Assembly: GCF_028368995.1 (NCBI RefSeq)
Contig: NZ_JAQNDL010000001.1
Span: 1,216,001 to 1,280,000, forward strand
DNA: 64,000 nucleotides
Source: Nannocystis bainbridge
Lineage (GTDB): Bacteria; Myxococcota_A; Polyangia; Nannocystales; Nannocystaceae
Direction of reading: 5' to 3'
The notes under the pieces are model-generated. The model was given only the letters and a program-made list of their open reading frames with translations. It ran no database searches and had not been told where the DNA came from. Position numbers and translations under genes: made by a program. Positions 19,788 to 31,540 of this stretch are shown one piece after another. Positions within the stretch are counted from its first letter, which is position 1; each line of letters opens with the position of its first letter.

Positions 19788-20937
19788 ATCGATCGCAGCG
19801 CTCGCGGTCGCCTGCTGCGCCTGCGGGGCGCCGCAAGCCGCCCCGCCGGCCTGCCCGCTGCCCGTGCAGACCCGCGCCCACGGCGACGAGCAGTCGCTGG
19901 CCGCGGTGACGCTGACGCCCGAGGCCGAGGCCCGCCTCGGGATCACGCTCGCCGCGGCCGAGCTGCGCCCGATGCCGCCGGTCCGACGCCTGCCCGGCGA
20001 GGTCGTCGCCCGACCTGGCGGGACCGTGATGCTGACCGCGCCCGTCCCGGGCCTCCTGCTCGCACCCGGCGACTTGCCGCGGCCGGGCGAGATGGTCGCG
20101 CACGGCCAGGCGCTCGCGCGGCTGGTGCCGCTGGCGGCCGTCGACCGCGACCTGCGGGCTCAGGCGCAGAGCCGGGTGGCCGCGGCCGAGGCCCGACTGC
20201 TGGCGGGAAACAGCCGGGTCCAGCGCGCCGAGCGTTTGATCGAGAGCGGGGCGGGTAGCGAGCGCGCGGCCGAGGACGCGCGGGTCGAGCGGGACATCGC
20301 CGCCGCCGAGCTCACGGCGGCGAAAGCTCGCGTGCGGATGATCGACCGCACGCCGCTCTCCTCCGACGTCGCCACCACCCTGCGCGCGCCCATGGCGGCC
20401 GTGGTGCGCCAGGTCCTGGTCGCCGAGGAGCAGGCGGTCGCCGGCGGCGCGCCGCTGCTCGAGCTCGTCAGCAGCGAGCCGCCGTGGGTCCGCGTGCCGA
20501 CTGTCGCCGCCGAGCTCGGGGCCTTCGACGAGACGACTGCCGAGGTCACGCCGCTCGGCCGCCCCGCGACGCCCGTCGCGGCCCCGCGGGTCGTCGGCCC
20601 GCCGACCGCCGATCCGCTGGCCGGCACCGTCGATCTGTATTTCGCTCTCCCCGCCGCCGGCGAGTTCCGCCTCGGCGAGCGCGTCGGCGTCGACCTGGCG
20701 CTGCGGCGCGAGGCCGAGGCCCTGGTCGTCCCGCGCGCGGCGATCGTCCACGACCTGCACGGCGGCGCGTGGGTCTACGTGCCGGCCGGCGCGCACCGCT
20801 ACGATCGCCGGCGCGTCGAGCTGTCCCGAGTGACAGGTGACCTCGCGCTCGTGGCCCGCGGCCTCGCGGTCGGCGACGCGGTCGTGGTCACCGGGGCGGT
20901 CGAGCTGTACGGCAGCGAGTTCGGGGCGGGTCACTGA
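19768..20937 (+). CDS. RND efflux periplasmic adaptor (CzcB-like)
   Basis: Lipoyl halves around an alpha-hairpin; LVVPRAAIV; [16 protein letters not shown]. Confidence 0.9.
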   Translation: MPRPAHESIAALAVACCACGAPQAAPPACPLPVQTRAHGDEQSLAAVTLTPEAEARLGITLAAAELRPMPPVRRLPGEVVARPGGTVMLTAPVPGLLLAPGDLPRPGEMVAHGQALARLVPLAAVDRDLRAQAQSRVAAAEARLLAGNSRVQRAERLIESGAGSERAAEDARVERDIAAAELTAAKARVRMIDRTPLSSDVATTLRAPMAAVVRQVLVAEEQAVAGGAPLLELVSSEPPWVRVPTVAAELGAFDETTAEVTPLGRPATPVAAPRVVGPPTADPLAGTVDLYFALPAAGEFRLGERVGVDLALRREAEALVVPRAAIVHDLHGGAWVYVPAGAHRYDRRRVELSRVTGDLALVARGLAVGDAVVVTGAVELYGSEFGAGH

Positions 20938-20944
20938 GGTTGCG

Positions 20945-23900
20945 ATGCACTGGCTGATCCACGCCTGCCTGCGCCTGCGCCACGTCGTCGTCCTCGCCGC
21001 GGCCCTGCTGATCGTGCTCGGGATCCGCCTCGCCGGCGACACCCCGGTCGACGTGTTCCCCGAGTTCGCACCGCCGATGGTCGAGATCCAGACCGAGGCG
21101 CCGGGACTGTCGAGTCCCGAGGTCGAGCAGCTGGTGTCCGTCCCGCTCGAGACGGTGCTGAGCGGCACCCCGTGGCTGCGGACCATGCGCTCCAAGTCGG
21201 TGCTCGGTCTGTCCTCTGTGCTGCTGATCTTCGAGCGCAATACTGACCTGATGGCCGCGCGCCAGCTGGTGCAGGAGCGGCTGGCCCGCGCCGCGCCGCA
21301 GCTGCCGGTGGTCGCCCGCCCGCCGGTGTTGATGCCGCCGCTGTCCTCGACCAGCCGGCTGCTCAAGATCGGCGTGTCCTCGCCGACGCGGTCGCAGATG
21401 GAGCTGACCGACATCGTCCGCTGGACCCTGCGCCCGCGGCTGATGGCCGTGCCCGGCGTCGCCAACGTGGCCGTGTGGGGCCAGCGCGACCGCCAGCTGC
21501 AGGTCCAGGTCGACCCCGAACGCCTTCGGCTGCACGGCGTCCGCCTCGACGAGGTCGTGCGCGCCGCCGGCGAGGCCACCCAGCTCAGCGCCGGCGGATT
21601 CGTCGACACGCCCAATCAGCGCTTGCCCGTCGCCCACGCCCCCGGGGCCGCCGACGCCAGGGCGCTCGGCGAGGTCGTCGTTGCCGTCCGCGGCGGGACC
21701 GTCCTGCGCCTGGCCGACGTCGCCGACGTCGTCGAGGACCACCCGCCGCCGATCGGCGACGCCGTCGTCGACGGCGGCCCCGGCCTGCTGCTCATCGTCG
21801 AGAAGCAGCCGTGGGGCAACACCCTCGCGGTCACCCGCGAGGTCGAGGCGGCCCTCGCCGCCATCGCCCCGGCCCTGCCCGCCGTCGTCCTCGACCCGAC
21901 CATCTTCCGCCCCGCCACCTTCATCGAGCTGGCGATCGACAACCTCGGCCACGCCCTCGTGCTCGGCTGCGGCCTGGTCGTGCTGATCCTCGGCTGCTTC
22001 CTCTTCAATCTACGCACCGCCGCGATCAGCATCCTCGCCATCCCGACCTCGCTGCTGGCCGCCGTCGCCGTCCTCCACGCCTGGGGCGCGATGATCGACA
22101 CCATGATCCTGGCCGGCCTCGTGATCGCCCTCGGCGAGGTCGTCGACGACGCCATCATCGACGTCGAGAACATCCTCCGCCGCCTGGCCGAGAACCGCCG
22201 GCGAGCCACGCCGCTCTCGAGCTTCCAGGTGGTCCTCGCGGCCTCGCTCGAGGTCCGCAGCGCGGTCGTCTACGCGACCGCGATCGTGATCCTCGTGTTC
22301 CTTCCGATCGTCTTCCTCGACGGCGTCGCCGGGGCGTTCTTCCGTCCGCTCGCCCTCGCGTACGTGCTGGCCGTGTTCGCGTCGATGCTCGTGGCAGTCA
22401 CGTTGACCCCGGCGCTGTGCCTGTTGCTGCTCCCGCGCAGCCACGGCCGCGAGAGCCCGATCGCCCGCGGCCTGCGGCACGCCTACCAGCCATTGCTCAC
22501 CCCGCTGCTGGGCCGTCCGCGCCTCGCCGTGGCCGTCGCCGTGACCCTGTTCGCCGGCACCGCAGCGTCCGTGCCGTTGCTCGGCGAAGGCTTCTTGCCC
22601 GAGTTCAAGGAGCACGATTTCCTGATGCACTGGGTCGCCAAGCCCGGAACCTCACTGGAGGCGGTGGCGCGCACTGCGGTGCGCGCGAGCGACGAGCTGC
22701 GGGCGATCCCCGGCGTGCGCAACTTCGGCGCCCACATCGGCCGCGCCGAAGCGGCCGACGAGGTCGTCGGCCCCAACTTCGCCGAGCTGTGGATCAGCCT
22801 CGATCCCGCCGCCGACTACGGCTCCGCGCTCTCGCGGATCAAGGCTGTCATCGACGGCTACCCCGGCATCTACCGCGACGTCCAGACCTACCTGCGCGAG
22901 AAGATGAAGGAGGTCCTGAGCGGCTCGGGCGGCGCCATCGTCGTGCGCCTGTTTGGCCCCGAGCTGGGCGAGCTGCGCAGCCAGGCCGCCGAGGTCGCGC
23001 GCGCCCTCGCCGACGTCGACGGGATCACCAACCTCAAGGTCGAGCCCCAGGTCGAGGTCCCGCAGATCGAGGTCCGATTCAAGCCGGAGGCCGCGCGCCC
23101 GTTCGGCCTCAACCCCGGGGAGGTCCGCCGCACAGCGACCACCCTGATCCGCGGCACCAAGGTCGGCGAGGTCTATCGTGGCGGGCAGACCATCGACGTC
23201 GTCGTCGTCGGCGCGGCCCGCCTGCGCGACGACCTCGCCGCCGTGCAGTCGCTGCGGATCGCCGCGCCCCTGGGTGGCGAGGTCGCGCTCGCCGAAGTCG
23301 CCGACGTGTCGATCGTCCCGACCCCCAATGTCGTGCTGCGCGAGAGCGGCGCGCGCAAGCTCGACATCACCTGCGACGTCACCGGCCGTGACCTCGGCCA
23401 GGTCGCTCGCGAGGTCGAGTCGAGGGTGCTCGCCCTCGCGCGCCCCGCCGGTTACCACCCCGAGTTCATCGGCGAGTACGCCGCCCGCCAGGCTGCCCGC
23501 GACCGCCTGCTCGCGCTGTCGCTGCTCGCCGTGCTCGGCATCGGCGTGGTCCTGTTCGTCGACTTCCGCGCCCTGCGACCGACCCTGCTGGTGTTCACCA
23601 CCCTGCCGTTCGCGCTCGTCGGCGGCGTCGCCGGCGTGTGGTGGATTGGCGGCGTGCTGTCGCTCGGCTCTCTGGTCGGCCTCGTCACTGTCCTAGGGAT
23701 CGCCGCACGCAACGGCATCATGCTCATCAGTCACTTCCGTCACCTCGAGCTCGAGGAAGGCGAGCCGTTCGGCCCGACGCTGGTCCTGCGCGGCGCCGCC
23801 GAGCGCGTCACGCCGATCGTGATGACCGCGCTCGCCACCGGCCTGGCCCTCGTCCCGCTGGCCCTCGGCGGCGACCGCCCGGGTCAGGAGATCGAGCACC

Positions 23901-24007
23901 CGATGGCAGTGGTGATTCTCGGCGGTCTGGTGACCTCGACGGCCCTCAACCTGTTCGTCGTGCCGGTCCTGTATCTGCGCTTCGGCGCGACTCGACGGCT
24001 TCGGTGA
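20945..24007 (+). CDS. CzcA/CusA-family RND efflux permease
   Basis: [34 protein letters not shown]; 1020 aa. Confidence 0.95.
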   Translation: MHWLIHACLRLRHVVVLAAALLIVLGIRLAGDTPVDVFPEFAPPMVEIQTEAPGLSSPEVEQLVSVPLETVLSGTPWLRTMRSKSVLGLSSVLLIFERNTDLMAARQLVQERLARAAPQLPVVARPPVLMPPLSSTSRLLKIGVSSPTRSQMELTDIVRWTLRPRLMAVPGVANVAVWGQRDRQLQVQVDPERLRLHGVRLDEVVRAAGEATQLSAGGFVDTPNQRLPVAHAPGAADARALGEVVVAVRGGTVLRLADVADVVEDHPPPIGDAVVDGGPGLLLIVEKQPWGNTLAVTREVEAALAAIAPALPAVVLDPTIFRPATFIELAIDNLGHALVLGCGLVVLILGCFLFNLRTAAISILAIPTSLLAAVAVLHAWGAMIDTMILAGLVIALGEVVDDAIIDVENILRRLAENRRRATPLSSFQVVLAASLEVRSAVVYATAIVILVFLPIVFLDGVAGAFFRPLALAYVLAVFASMLVAVTLTPALCLLLLPRSHGRESPIARGLRHAYQPLLTPLLGRPRLAVAVAVTLFAGTAASVPLLGEGFLPEFKEHDFLMHWVAKPGTSLEAVARTAVRASDELRAIPGVRNFGAHIGRAEAADEVVGPNFAELWISLDPAADYGSALSRIKAVIDGYPGIYRDVQTYLREKMKEVLSGSGGAIVVRLFGPELGELRSQAAEVARALADVDGITNLKVEPQVEVPQIEVRFKPEAARPFGLNPGEVRRTATTLIRGTKVGEVYRGGQTIDVVVVGAARLRDDLAAVQSLRIAAPLGGEVALAEVADVSIVPTPNVVLRESGARKLDITCDVTGRDLGQVAREVESRVLALARPAGYHPEFIGEYAARQAARDRLLALSLLAVLGIGVVLFVDFRALRPTLLVFTTLPFALVGGVAGVWWIGGVLSLGSLVGLVTVLGIAARNGIMLISHFRHLELEEGEPFGPTLVLRGAAERVTPIVMTALATGLALVPLALGGDRPGQEIEHPMAVVILGGLVTSTALNLFVVPVLYLRFGATRRLR

Positions 24008-25124
24008 TCGCGGCCCCATCCGGCCATCCGCGTGACCCGGTCCGGGGGAGGCGGACGACGAACGCCGCCCCGCCGCGAGCGGCGCGCTCGACATGGATCT
24101 CGCCACCATGGCCCTCGATGACCCGCCGGACGATCGCCAGCCCCAGCCCGAGCCCTGCGCGGGCGTCGACACGGTCGGCGACGGGCGACGCTCCGCGCAC
24201 GAACGGCTGGAAGATTCGCTCGCGCTCGTGGGCCGGCACCCCGGGCCCCTCATCGCTGACGACGATGTCGATCGCGGCGGTCGTGACCCGGCTTTCGAGG
24301 CAGACCGTGCTGCCGCGCGGAGTATGTGCAATCGCGTTGGCGACGATGTTCCCCAGGGCGCCTTCCATCAATCCGCGCTCGACCGTCAATTCGTCGAGCC
24401 CCACACGACAGACCTGGATCGCCACTCCCGCAGCCCTCGCCGCAGGCAGCCAGCGCTCGGCGACCGCATGAGCGAGGCTGGCAACGCTCGCAGGCTCGCG
24501 GCGGATGATGATGCCGGCGCGCGCCAGTATCAGCAACGATTCGACCAGCCTGGACATATGGCGGACCTCTCGCAGCGCGCGATTCGCCGCCACTTCCCAC
24601 TCCTCGCGCGTGCGAGGCCTGCGCAGGGCGACCTCGAGCGTGCTCGACAGCACGGCGAGTGGCGAACGCAGCTCGTGCGAAGCGTCGGCCGCGAATTGGC
24701 GCTGCAGGGCGGTGCCCCGCTCGAGCCGGGTGAACAGGCCGTTGAGCGCCTCGCTAAGGGCGTCGAGCTCGTCTCCGGTCGACGACACGGGCAGTCGCTC
24801 GCCGAGGTGCTCCGCCGACATACGGGCCGCCGCGCGGACGACCGTGTCCACGCGCTTAACGGCCCGGCGCGCGTGCCAGTGGGCGCCGAAGACGGCGAGC
24901 AGGAGCCCGAGCGGGGCCGCCGCGGCCAGCGCCAGCCCGACCTGCTCGAACGCCTCGGCCAGCGAGTCCTCCTCGACGAATCCCCCCGCCTGCCCCTCCT
25001 CCTCTTCGTCGAGATAGACGATGAGGCCGGCCGTCCCCGCGAAGACCACCAGACTGAGCGCGGTCGAGGCGCCGATCCACATGGCTAGCGCCGCGCCGAA
25101 CGACCGCGTGCCGCGCTGCCTCAA
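23946..25124 (-). CDS. HAMP sensor histidine kinase with a very short acidic periplasmic loop
   Basis: TTG start in a TTGA overlap; TM1[17 protein letters not shown]2; [26 protein letters not shown]. Confidence 0.9.
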   Translation of the reverse strand: MRQRGTRSFGAALAMWIGASTALSLVVFAGTAGLIVYLDEEEEGQAGGFVEEDSLAEAFEQVGLALAAAAPLGLLLAVFGAHWHARRAVKRVDTVVRAAARMSAEHLGERLPVSSTGDELDALSEALNGLFTRLERGTALQRQFAADASHELRSPLAVLSSTLEVALRRPRTREEWEVAANRALREVRHMSRLVESLLILARAGIIIRREPASVASLAHAVAERWLPAARAAGVAIQVCRVGLDELTVERGLMEGALGNIVANAIAHTPRGSTVCLESRVTTAAIDIVVSDEGPGVPAHERERIFQPFVRGASPVADRVDARAGLGLGLAIVRRVIEGHGGEIHVERAARGGAAFVVRLPRTGSRGWPDGAAITEAVESRRSADTGPARRTG

Positions 25125-25789
25125 TTGGCACCTACCTTGCAGCGCAACCCGGCGCCGCGCACCGTCTCGATTCGGACCGCCTTGCCGACGAGCTTGCGCC
25201 GCAGGTGCGTGAGGTGGACATCGATCGTATTCGTGCCCGGGTCGACGGCGCAGCCGAACACGTCGCGGAGGATGTCGCTGCGCGGTACGACCTCGCCGCG
25301 GCGGCGCAGCAGATACGACAGGAGGGCGTACTCTCGCGGCGAGAGCGCGACGTCCTGGCCCGCGCAGCGGACCACGTGGCCGTCGTCGAGGACCACCTCC
25401 TCGTCGCTCTGCGGCCACCAGCGCGGCTGACTCGCCCGCCGGCTCAGGGCGCGGATCCTGGCGACCAACTCGCCGAACGCAAACGGCTTGACGAGGTAAT
25501 CATCAGCGCCCAGCTCGAATGCCCGCACCCGCGCCTCGAGGGCGTCACGCGCGGTCAAGACCAGCACCGGCACGGGTCGATGCAGTCGTCGCAATTCCTG
25601 CAAAACATCGAGTCCGTCGCCGTCGGGCAAGCCGAGGTCGAGGACGATGACGTCCAGATCGGCGCCGCGGGCGCGACATAACGCGACGGCCGCCTCCGCC
25701 ACGTGGACCACGTCCATCCCTTCCTCTTGGAGACCCTGCTGAATGACCTCGAACAATGTTGCATTGTCCTCGACGAGCAGAATTCTCAT
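25121..25789 (-). CDS. OmpR-family response regulator
   Basis: MRILLVEDN, LDLGLPDGDG, DDYLVKPF, IETVRGAG. Confidence 0.95.
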   Translation of the reverse strand: MRILLVEDNATLFEVIQQGLQEEGMDVVHVAEAAVALCRARGADLDVIVLDLGLPDGDGLDVLQELRRLHRPVPVLVLTARDALEARVRAFELGADDYLVKPFAFGELVARIRALSRRASQPRWWPQSDEEVVLDDGHVVRCAGQDVALSPREYALLSYLLRRRGEVVPRSDILRDVFGCAVDPGTNTIDVHLTHLRRKLVGKAVRIETVRGAGLRCKVGAN

Positions 25790-26023
25790 GGGCACTCCTT
25801 GCAATCTCTGCACAGCGCGCAGCGCTCGCGCCGCCCCGCATGGGCTGCCGGGCGGAGCGGACGGGCGCAGGATGCGTCACGCGCTCGCTTATGCCAGTTT
25901 TCCCGGCCCGGGACCATCGGCCCGAACATTAAGATCTCCTGAATCGTTAAATCTTCGTGTAGCAAGCGAATCGTCGATTGAACCGAGGGTGAATGCGATA
26001 AAGTGAGAGTAGGAGTGAATCAC

Positions 26024-26503
26024 ATGACGAAGATTTGGAACTACCATTCCCTGTCCCTCCTTGTCGTCGCCGTCGGCCTCTCGGCCTGCGATCCCGCCGA
26101 AGCCACGAATGCGGCGTCCGTCCGCACCGATTCTTGTGCCACGAATGACGAGGCCGGGCCGGACGGCGAGACGGCCGACGACCTTTGCAGCCTCTCGCAA
26201 GCGGCCGGCCCCGCCGCCCAGGACGACGAGGCCGAAGGCCAGGAGGAGGAGGACGAGGGCGGCGAGAACGAGAGCGAAGAGGACGAGGACGGCGAGGACG
26301 AAGACGAGGGCGAAGAGGGGGAGGAGGACGAGGGCGAAGAGGAGGACGAGGGCGAAGAGGAGGACGAGGGCGAAGAGGAGGACGAGGGCGAAGAGGAGGA
26401 CGAGGGCGAAGAGGAGGACGAGGGCGAAGAGGAGGACGAGGGCGAAGAGGAGGACGAGGGCGAAGAGGAGGACGAGGACGAGGACGAGCCCCGACCGGCC
26501 TGA
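26024..26503 (+). CDS. poly-acidic (Glu/Asp) lipoprotein
   Basis: AGGAG RBS; lipobox LSAC; C-terminal ~90 aa almost entirely E/D/G. Confidence 0.8.
   Translation: MTKIWNYHSLSLLVVAVGLSACDPAEATNAASVRTDSCATNDEAGPDGETADDLCSLSQAAGPAAQDDEAEGQEEEDEGGENESEEDEDGEDEDEGEEGEEDEGEEEDEGEEEDEGEEEDEGEEEDEGEEEDEGEEEDEGEEEDEGEEEDEDEDEPRPA
26330..26473 (+). repeat. 18-bp tandem repeat GAGGGCGAAGAGGAGGAC x8 (EGEEED)
   Basis: Eight perfect consecutive copies read directly from the sequence. Confidence 0.95.
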
Positions 26504-26856
26504 GCAGTTTCGCTGTCCGCATGTACCCGCGCTGCACCGTCGCGCGTGGACCAACAGTAGACGGCCGTCCGGCGAAAGCCGGCTGGCCGTCTATTTCGGG
26601 CTCTCCTAATACACTCATGGGTGGTGCATCGGCCCTCAACTGACCCAGGGCGCCATGAAAAGTCTGTGAAGCGGGATACATCTCAGCGAAGTTCTTGCGC
26701 ACGTCCCCGCGGTGCCCGAATCTGTGGTGTTACGCGGCGATTGGATGTAGTACGAGCGCATGCGCGTATCCGCTCTTCTTCGCAGGACGTCGCGGACGGC
26801 CTCCGCACGGTGCCGGGCTCGCCGGTGTAGAAGCCGGCGACGACGCCGGCGGGCAG

Positions 26857-27205
26857 TGTTGACGCCGGTCACGATCCGCGTGAATTCGCCGACGAAATTC
26901 GCCGGGGAGATGCGCGAGCGCGTAGGCGGCCTCCAGCGTGCCGAAGTGCTCGGAGGGTCAAGGGTGCGCTCCCTTCGGTCGCCGGCCTACGGCCGCCCTT
27001 GACCCCTCCTGCGCGCTTCGGCAAGTGGCCCCCATGGCCTATCCTCGCATCCAGGTGTCCGTACACTGAACACCTGTAACCATGATGCGTCACTCAACGG
27101 TAGCAATCGGGTCTTCTTGCCTCGAATTCGGCCTTCGACGGCCGTTTCGGTCAGTCGACGCCTCCTTCGTCGGCGAATTCACGCTGATTCTGGCCGGCGC
27201 TAACA
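26857..27205. mobile_element. non-autonomous MITE with IS21-type ends (349 bp)
   Basis: ~40-bp imperfect TIRs TGTTGACGCCGGTCACGATCCGCGTGAATTCGCCGACGAA / TGTTAGCGCCGGCCAGAATCAGCGTGAATTCGCCGACGAA (inner 19 bp perfect); 5-bp TSD GGCAG at 26852-26856 and 27206-27210. Confidence 0.85.
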
Positions 27206-27363
27206 GGCAGGGCGGCTTCGGCGATGTTGCGGACGGGGCGACCAGGAAGTAGTCGATCCGCGCCGCCACAGCACTGAGTCGCCGGGAACTCCGCCAGCGA
27301 GACAGAGCGCGAGGTCTCGGACAGCTCCGTCGAACCCGCACACTGCGGCCAACGCGTTTCGGG

Positions 27364-29313
27364 TCACAGCGCGATCTGTGCCCCGAGCTCGACCACCCGG
27401 TTCGGCGGGATGCAGAACATGTCCGTGGCGGGAGGGACGTTGCGTGACAGCACCTCGAACAGGACCTTGCGCCACCTCGCCATGGGCCCTGAACCGGTCG
27501 GCAGGACGCGCTCGCGCCCGACGAAGTAGCTGACGTCGTCGGGGTCGAGGGCGACCCGCCCGGCGGCATGGAGTTCGGCCAGGACCGCCGGTACGTCGGG
27601 GGTCTGCTTGTAGCCGAAACGCAGCGTCACGTGCCAGAATCCGAACCCGAGCGACGTAATGGTGGCAGCGTCGACCGCTTCGACCCGCGGGACATGCTCG
27701 AGTTCGACCGCGAGCGCGATCACCGTCTTCGGGAGAACCTTGCTGTGCTTGAAATGGTGGAGCAGCGAGAGCGGCGTCGTGTGCGGCTCGGGTGTCATGA
27801 ACACACCTGTGCCAGGCACGCGCGTGACGGTGTGATCGGCGGCCGACGCGGCGATCGCCTCGAGGTTGGTGAGGCTGCGACGCAGCGCGATCATCAGCAG
27901 GTCGCGGCCCTGCTTCCAGGTGATCATCACGACGAACAGGACGGCGCCGACCGCCAGCGGGATCCAGCCGCCATCGTCCAGCTTGGTCAGCGAGGCGATG
28001 AAGAAGTGGAGCTCGACCACGAAGAACGCCCCGATCACGAGTCCAGCCGTGGCCCGGGGCCAGTTGCGGATCCTGGTGGCGACCACATAGAAGGCCATCG
28101 ATGTGCTGAGCATGGTGCCGGTCACTGCGACGCCATAGGCCGAGGCCAGCCGGCTCGACTCGCGCATGCCGATGACGAGCACAATGCAGGCGATCGCTAG
28201 CGTCCAGTTCACCCCCGACATATAGATCTGCCCCTCTCGTGACTCCGATGTGTGGACCACTCGAGTGCGCGGAAAGAAGCCCAGCTGCATGGCTTGGCGC
28301 GTCATCGAGAAGCAGCCCGTGATCATCGCCTGCGACGCGATCACGGTCGCCGCCATTGCCAGGAGCACCAGGGCGATGGTCGCAGGACCTGCCGGCACCA
28401 TGTCCCAGAAAGTGTGCGTGACGCCGCCGGGGCGCGAGAGCACGACCGCGGCTTGCCCGAAGTAGTTCAGAAGCAAGGCGGGCATCACCAAACCATACCA
28501 GGCTCGCTGAATCGGCGGGCGACCGAAGTGGCCCAGGTCCGCGTAGAGCGCCTCGGCGCCGGTGAAGCACAGGACCACGGCGCCGAGCACCGGCAGCACG
28601 TGGGTGCCACCGTGTATCAGAAACGCGATCGCGTGGTGCGGCGACACGGCGCGCAACACCGCCGGATGTGCCGCGAGGTGGACGAGTCCGAGCGCGGCGA
28701 TCACTGTGAACCACACCAGCATGACAGGGCCGAACGCCCGGCCGATGCGGGCGGTGCCATGGCGCTGGAACGCGAACAGCAGCAGCAGGACGGCACAGGT
28801 CGCCGGGACGATCGCCTGGTGTGCATAGCGCTGATAGTCGGGATCGGCGGACACCATCCGCAGGCCCTCGATCGCGCTCAACACCGAAATGGCAGGAGTG
28901 ATGATGCCGTCGCCGTACAACAGGCCGGTGCCGAAGATCACCAGGAGCGTGCTGGCGCTCAACCGAACCCGCCGGCCGGGCGCGCCTCCGGTCAAGAGCG
29001 CCAGCAGGGCGAGGATGCCGCCCTCGCCGCGGTTGTCGGCCCGGCTGACCACCCCTACGTACTTGATCGCTACGATGATCGTCAGCGACCAGACGAACAG
29101 GGACAATACGCCGAGCACTGCCTCGTGCCTCCCGCCGTCGGCGTGCCGGATCGACTCCTGGAAGGCGTAGATCGGGCTGGTGCCGATGTCGCCGTAGACC
29201 ACCCCGAGCGCTGCGAGCAGCAGCCCCCGAGCAGGTGCGCCCTCGGTCGCGCCGTGATCGAAGAGTTCGCCCTCGCTGATGCCGGGGTCAACAGAAGTCG
29301 TGGCGGCGCTCAC
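27364..29313 (-). CDS. kup: KUP/HAK/KT potassium transporter
   Basis: GVVYGDIGTSPIY, ADNRGEGG, GAEALYADLGHF, GQIY, AYGVAV, PPNRVVELG. Confidence 0.97.
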   Translation of the reverse strand: MSAATTSVDPGISEGELFDHGATEGAPARGLLLAALGVVYGDIGTSPIYAFQESIRHADGGRHEAVLGVLSLFVWSLTIIVAIKYVGVVSRADNRGEGGILALLALLTGGAPGRRVRLSASTLLVIFGTGLLYGDGIITPAISVLSAIEGLRMVSADPDYQRYAHQAIVPATCAVLLLLFAFQRHGTARIGRAFGPVMLVWFTVIAALGLVHLAAHPAVLRAVSPHHAIAFLIHGGTHVLPVLGAVVLCFTGAEALYADLGHFGRPPIQRAWYGLVMPALLLNYFGQAAVVLSRPGGVTHTFWDMVPAGPATIALVLLAMAATVIASQAMITGCFSMTRQAMQLGFFPRTRVVHTSESREGQIYMSGVNWTLAIACIVLVIGMRESSRLASAYGVAVTGTMLSTSMAFYVVATRIRNWPRATAGLVIGAFFVVELHFFIASLTKLDDGGWIPLAVGAVLFVVMITWKQGRDLLMIALRRSLTNLEAIAASAADHTVTRVPGTGVFMTPEPHTTPLSLLHHFKHSKVLPKTVIALAVELEHVPRVEAVDAATITSLGFGFWHVTLRFGYKQTPDVPAVLAELHAAGRVALDPDDVSYFVGRERVLPTGSGPMARWRKVLFEVLSRNVPPATDMFCIPPNRVVELGAQIAL

Positions 29314-30040
29314 CTCTGACGGGTGCTAACCGCCCCGGCGCGCGCTGACAAGGGATCGCGCGCGGGGGCACTTCGCGGACACGAGCGGGGCGCCGACGCG
29401 CCCGGCGCCTCGCTCGGCGAGCGTACCGCCGCGCGTCCTTCCGGCTCGCACGCGGCGGAGCTCGAGCCACGACGAATCGACGAACCGGACGGACGCGGCC
29501 TGGCCTCCTGCGGTCCGTAGCGGTCGCGCCCGCCGCTGGCCGACGGAGCAGGGCCTCGACAGCATGGGCAGTATCGCCCCCCACTTCGGGGCCACGGAGG
29601 CGGTCGTCGGCGGCTGGTTCACCGTGGCCGCCTGAATCAATGAGGTCACATGCCTAAGGGCGGTGCGAGCGCAGGAGTCCATCGTATGACAAGACATTCC
29701 AGGCATTCGTCAACCGCATCCGTGCAGGCGATCCTCAACGAGCTCGAGAACCTGCTCGCCCAACTGGAGACCCGCGTCGTCGCCCCCCTGATCCAGCGCC
29801 ACCGGAGCGCCGCACCGACGATCGGCGGGGCAAGCTCGCGGAGCTCGCGGCGCGGGTCGCCGAAGTCGGTGGCGATGCCCAAGCGGAGGAGTTCCTCCTC
29901 GTCGGCGACGATGCGCGCAGGGTGTTGTGCGAGCACGGACCGGGGCGCCCGGCCGCGGGGCACCGCGAGCAGGCCACGGCCGACGCGGCGCTGCAGACCT
30001 TCGACGGCGTCACGCAAGGCTCCTCGCCGGCGTGGCAGCG

Positions 30041-30778
30041 TCACATCGTCGGGTCGTTCGGGTCGACGAGGCGGAGGTCGAGCTCCAATGTCCCGCCCAA
30101 AATTTCGGCGTATCGCCGGCACAGCTCGACGGCCTCTTCCATCCCCGAGAGCTCCAGCACCGCGAAGCCACCGATCAGCTCCTTCGACTCTGCGAATGGC
30201 CCGTCAAGCGTCCGCAAGTGGTTGTCGGTGAACACCATGCGCCTGGCCTCGGCGCTCGGGTGTAGCCGGAGAGATCGGACGAGCACGCCGGCCTTGATCA
30301 TCTCGGTCTTGAGGCGGGTGAGGCCGGCCTTCTGCTTCGAGCTGCGCCCGCCGGCCTCGGTCGCCTGGTCGGCCTTCTCGATCAGCAGCATCTGCAACGG
30401 CGGGTCCTCCGGCGCAGGCATCAGGCCGATGTCCCACGGCTCGTTGAGCTTCCCGAGCTCCAGTTCGCCGTCGCCGAGGATCTTGCCGTAGCGCTCGGCC
30501 CAGCCGATGGCCTCCTCGCGCGTGCGCACCTTGAGCAGGAGCATCGCCGCCGGGAGCTCGTTCTCACCGCGGTAGGGCCCGTGCTTCACCGTGCAACGCC
30601 CGTCGCAGAAAACGAGTCGGGTGCGCGTCTTGCTGGCACCCAGGCCGGCGCCGTCAACGAGGCGCCCCGCCTTTGCGTGCTCACCGACGAACTCGCCCAT
30701 CCTGGTGACGAGATCCATCGGCGGCGGGTGGCCCGCCTCGGTCTGCGGATCGTTCTTGTGCATGATCATGAAGCGCAT
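30041..30778 (-). CDS. YciI/DGPF-domain protein (tandem domains)
   Basis: DGPFAESKELIGGF motif plus a first degenerate copy HGPY. Confidence 0.9.
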   Translation of the reverse strand: MRFMIMHKNDPQTEAGHPPPMDLVTRMGEFVGEHAKAGRLVDGAGLGASKTRTRLVFCDGRCTVKHGPYRGENELPAAMLLLKVRTREEAIGWAERYGKILGDGELELGKLNEPWDIGLMPAPEDPPLQMLLIEKADQATEAGGRSSKQKAGLTRLKTEMIKAGVLVRSLRLHPSAEARRMVFTDNHLRTLDGPFAESKELIGGFAVLELSGMEEAVELCRRYAEILGGTLELDLRLVDPNDPTM

Positions 30779-30853
30779 GGTGAACTCCTACGTGGGCTGC
30801 AAGCGGTGTTCGTGGTCCGTCCGGGCCGGCACCTGCCTGCCCTTCACCCACAC

Positions 30854-30880
30854 GACGAACGACGCTCGCGCCGAACGACA
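30854..30880 (-). promoter_or_regulatory. ECF42-type promoter of the DGPF gene
   Basis: TGTCGT...TTCGTC with ECF-like spacing upstream of a DGPF gene, the known target class of ECF42. Confidence 0.55.
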
Positions 30881-31229
30881 CGACCCGTCGATCTTTTTGC
30901 AACCACGCGGAACTGCTTCAAAAATAGAATCTGGACGGCGGCGGTCCGATGCCGCGTGGCGGGTAGTCGTCGCCGGTTTGCCGCGTCGCATGCCGTGAAT
31001 TTCTCGGAAAATCCAGGCGAATGCCGGATGTGAACGACCTCGCTCTTTGTTGCCCGCAGCGCCCTCAGCGGTCGCTAGTACAGCCGGCCCGAAGTTCTCC
31101 AGGGGTTCATGCGAGCTGTTCCGTCCTGGATCCACCCGGATCCATCGCCAGGACGATTCAGGCGACGGAATAGGCCCCGGCGAACATCCCGTCGAGGTGG
31201 CGCGGCGCCTGCGAGCCGAACCCGGACCA

Positions 31230-31540
31230 CTTCGCCCGCGCTGCGCGGCGAACAGCTCGCCGCACTGCGGCGAGAAGAATTGGTCGACGCGGGTCCAGTT
31301 CTGGATCGCGTCGCAGGTGATCAGGATCCCGCCGTCGCGGGCGAGCAGGACCGCGGCCTCGGGGAAGCGGGCCGAGCGGAACTCGAAGACGCCGTCCGCG
31401 AGCGGGAACGGGCCGCCGGGCGCGAGGGTCCGTGCCGTCGCGGCCGTAGGCGTGCGTCGCCGCCGGCAGCGCTCACAGCCGTAGCGGTCGCAGTAGAACG
31501 GGTCGTCGCGGCCGTGGAAGGCGGACAGGAGAATGACAGA
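31230..31540 (-). pseudogene. fragment of a metallo-beta-lactamase-fold-like hypothetical protein
   Basis: Manual translation VILLSAFHGRDDPFYCDRY...FPEAAVLLARDGGILITCDAIQNW; no start and no full length. Confidence 0.5.

Noticed and set aside
26330-26473. Possible CRISPR-like array
   Set aside because: Spacer-less in-frame tandem coding repeat; no cas genes nearby.
29314-29700. c-di-AMP riboswitch upstream of kup
   Set aside because: Only a CCCGTCAG fragment is present; the other conserved elements were not found.
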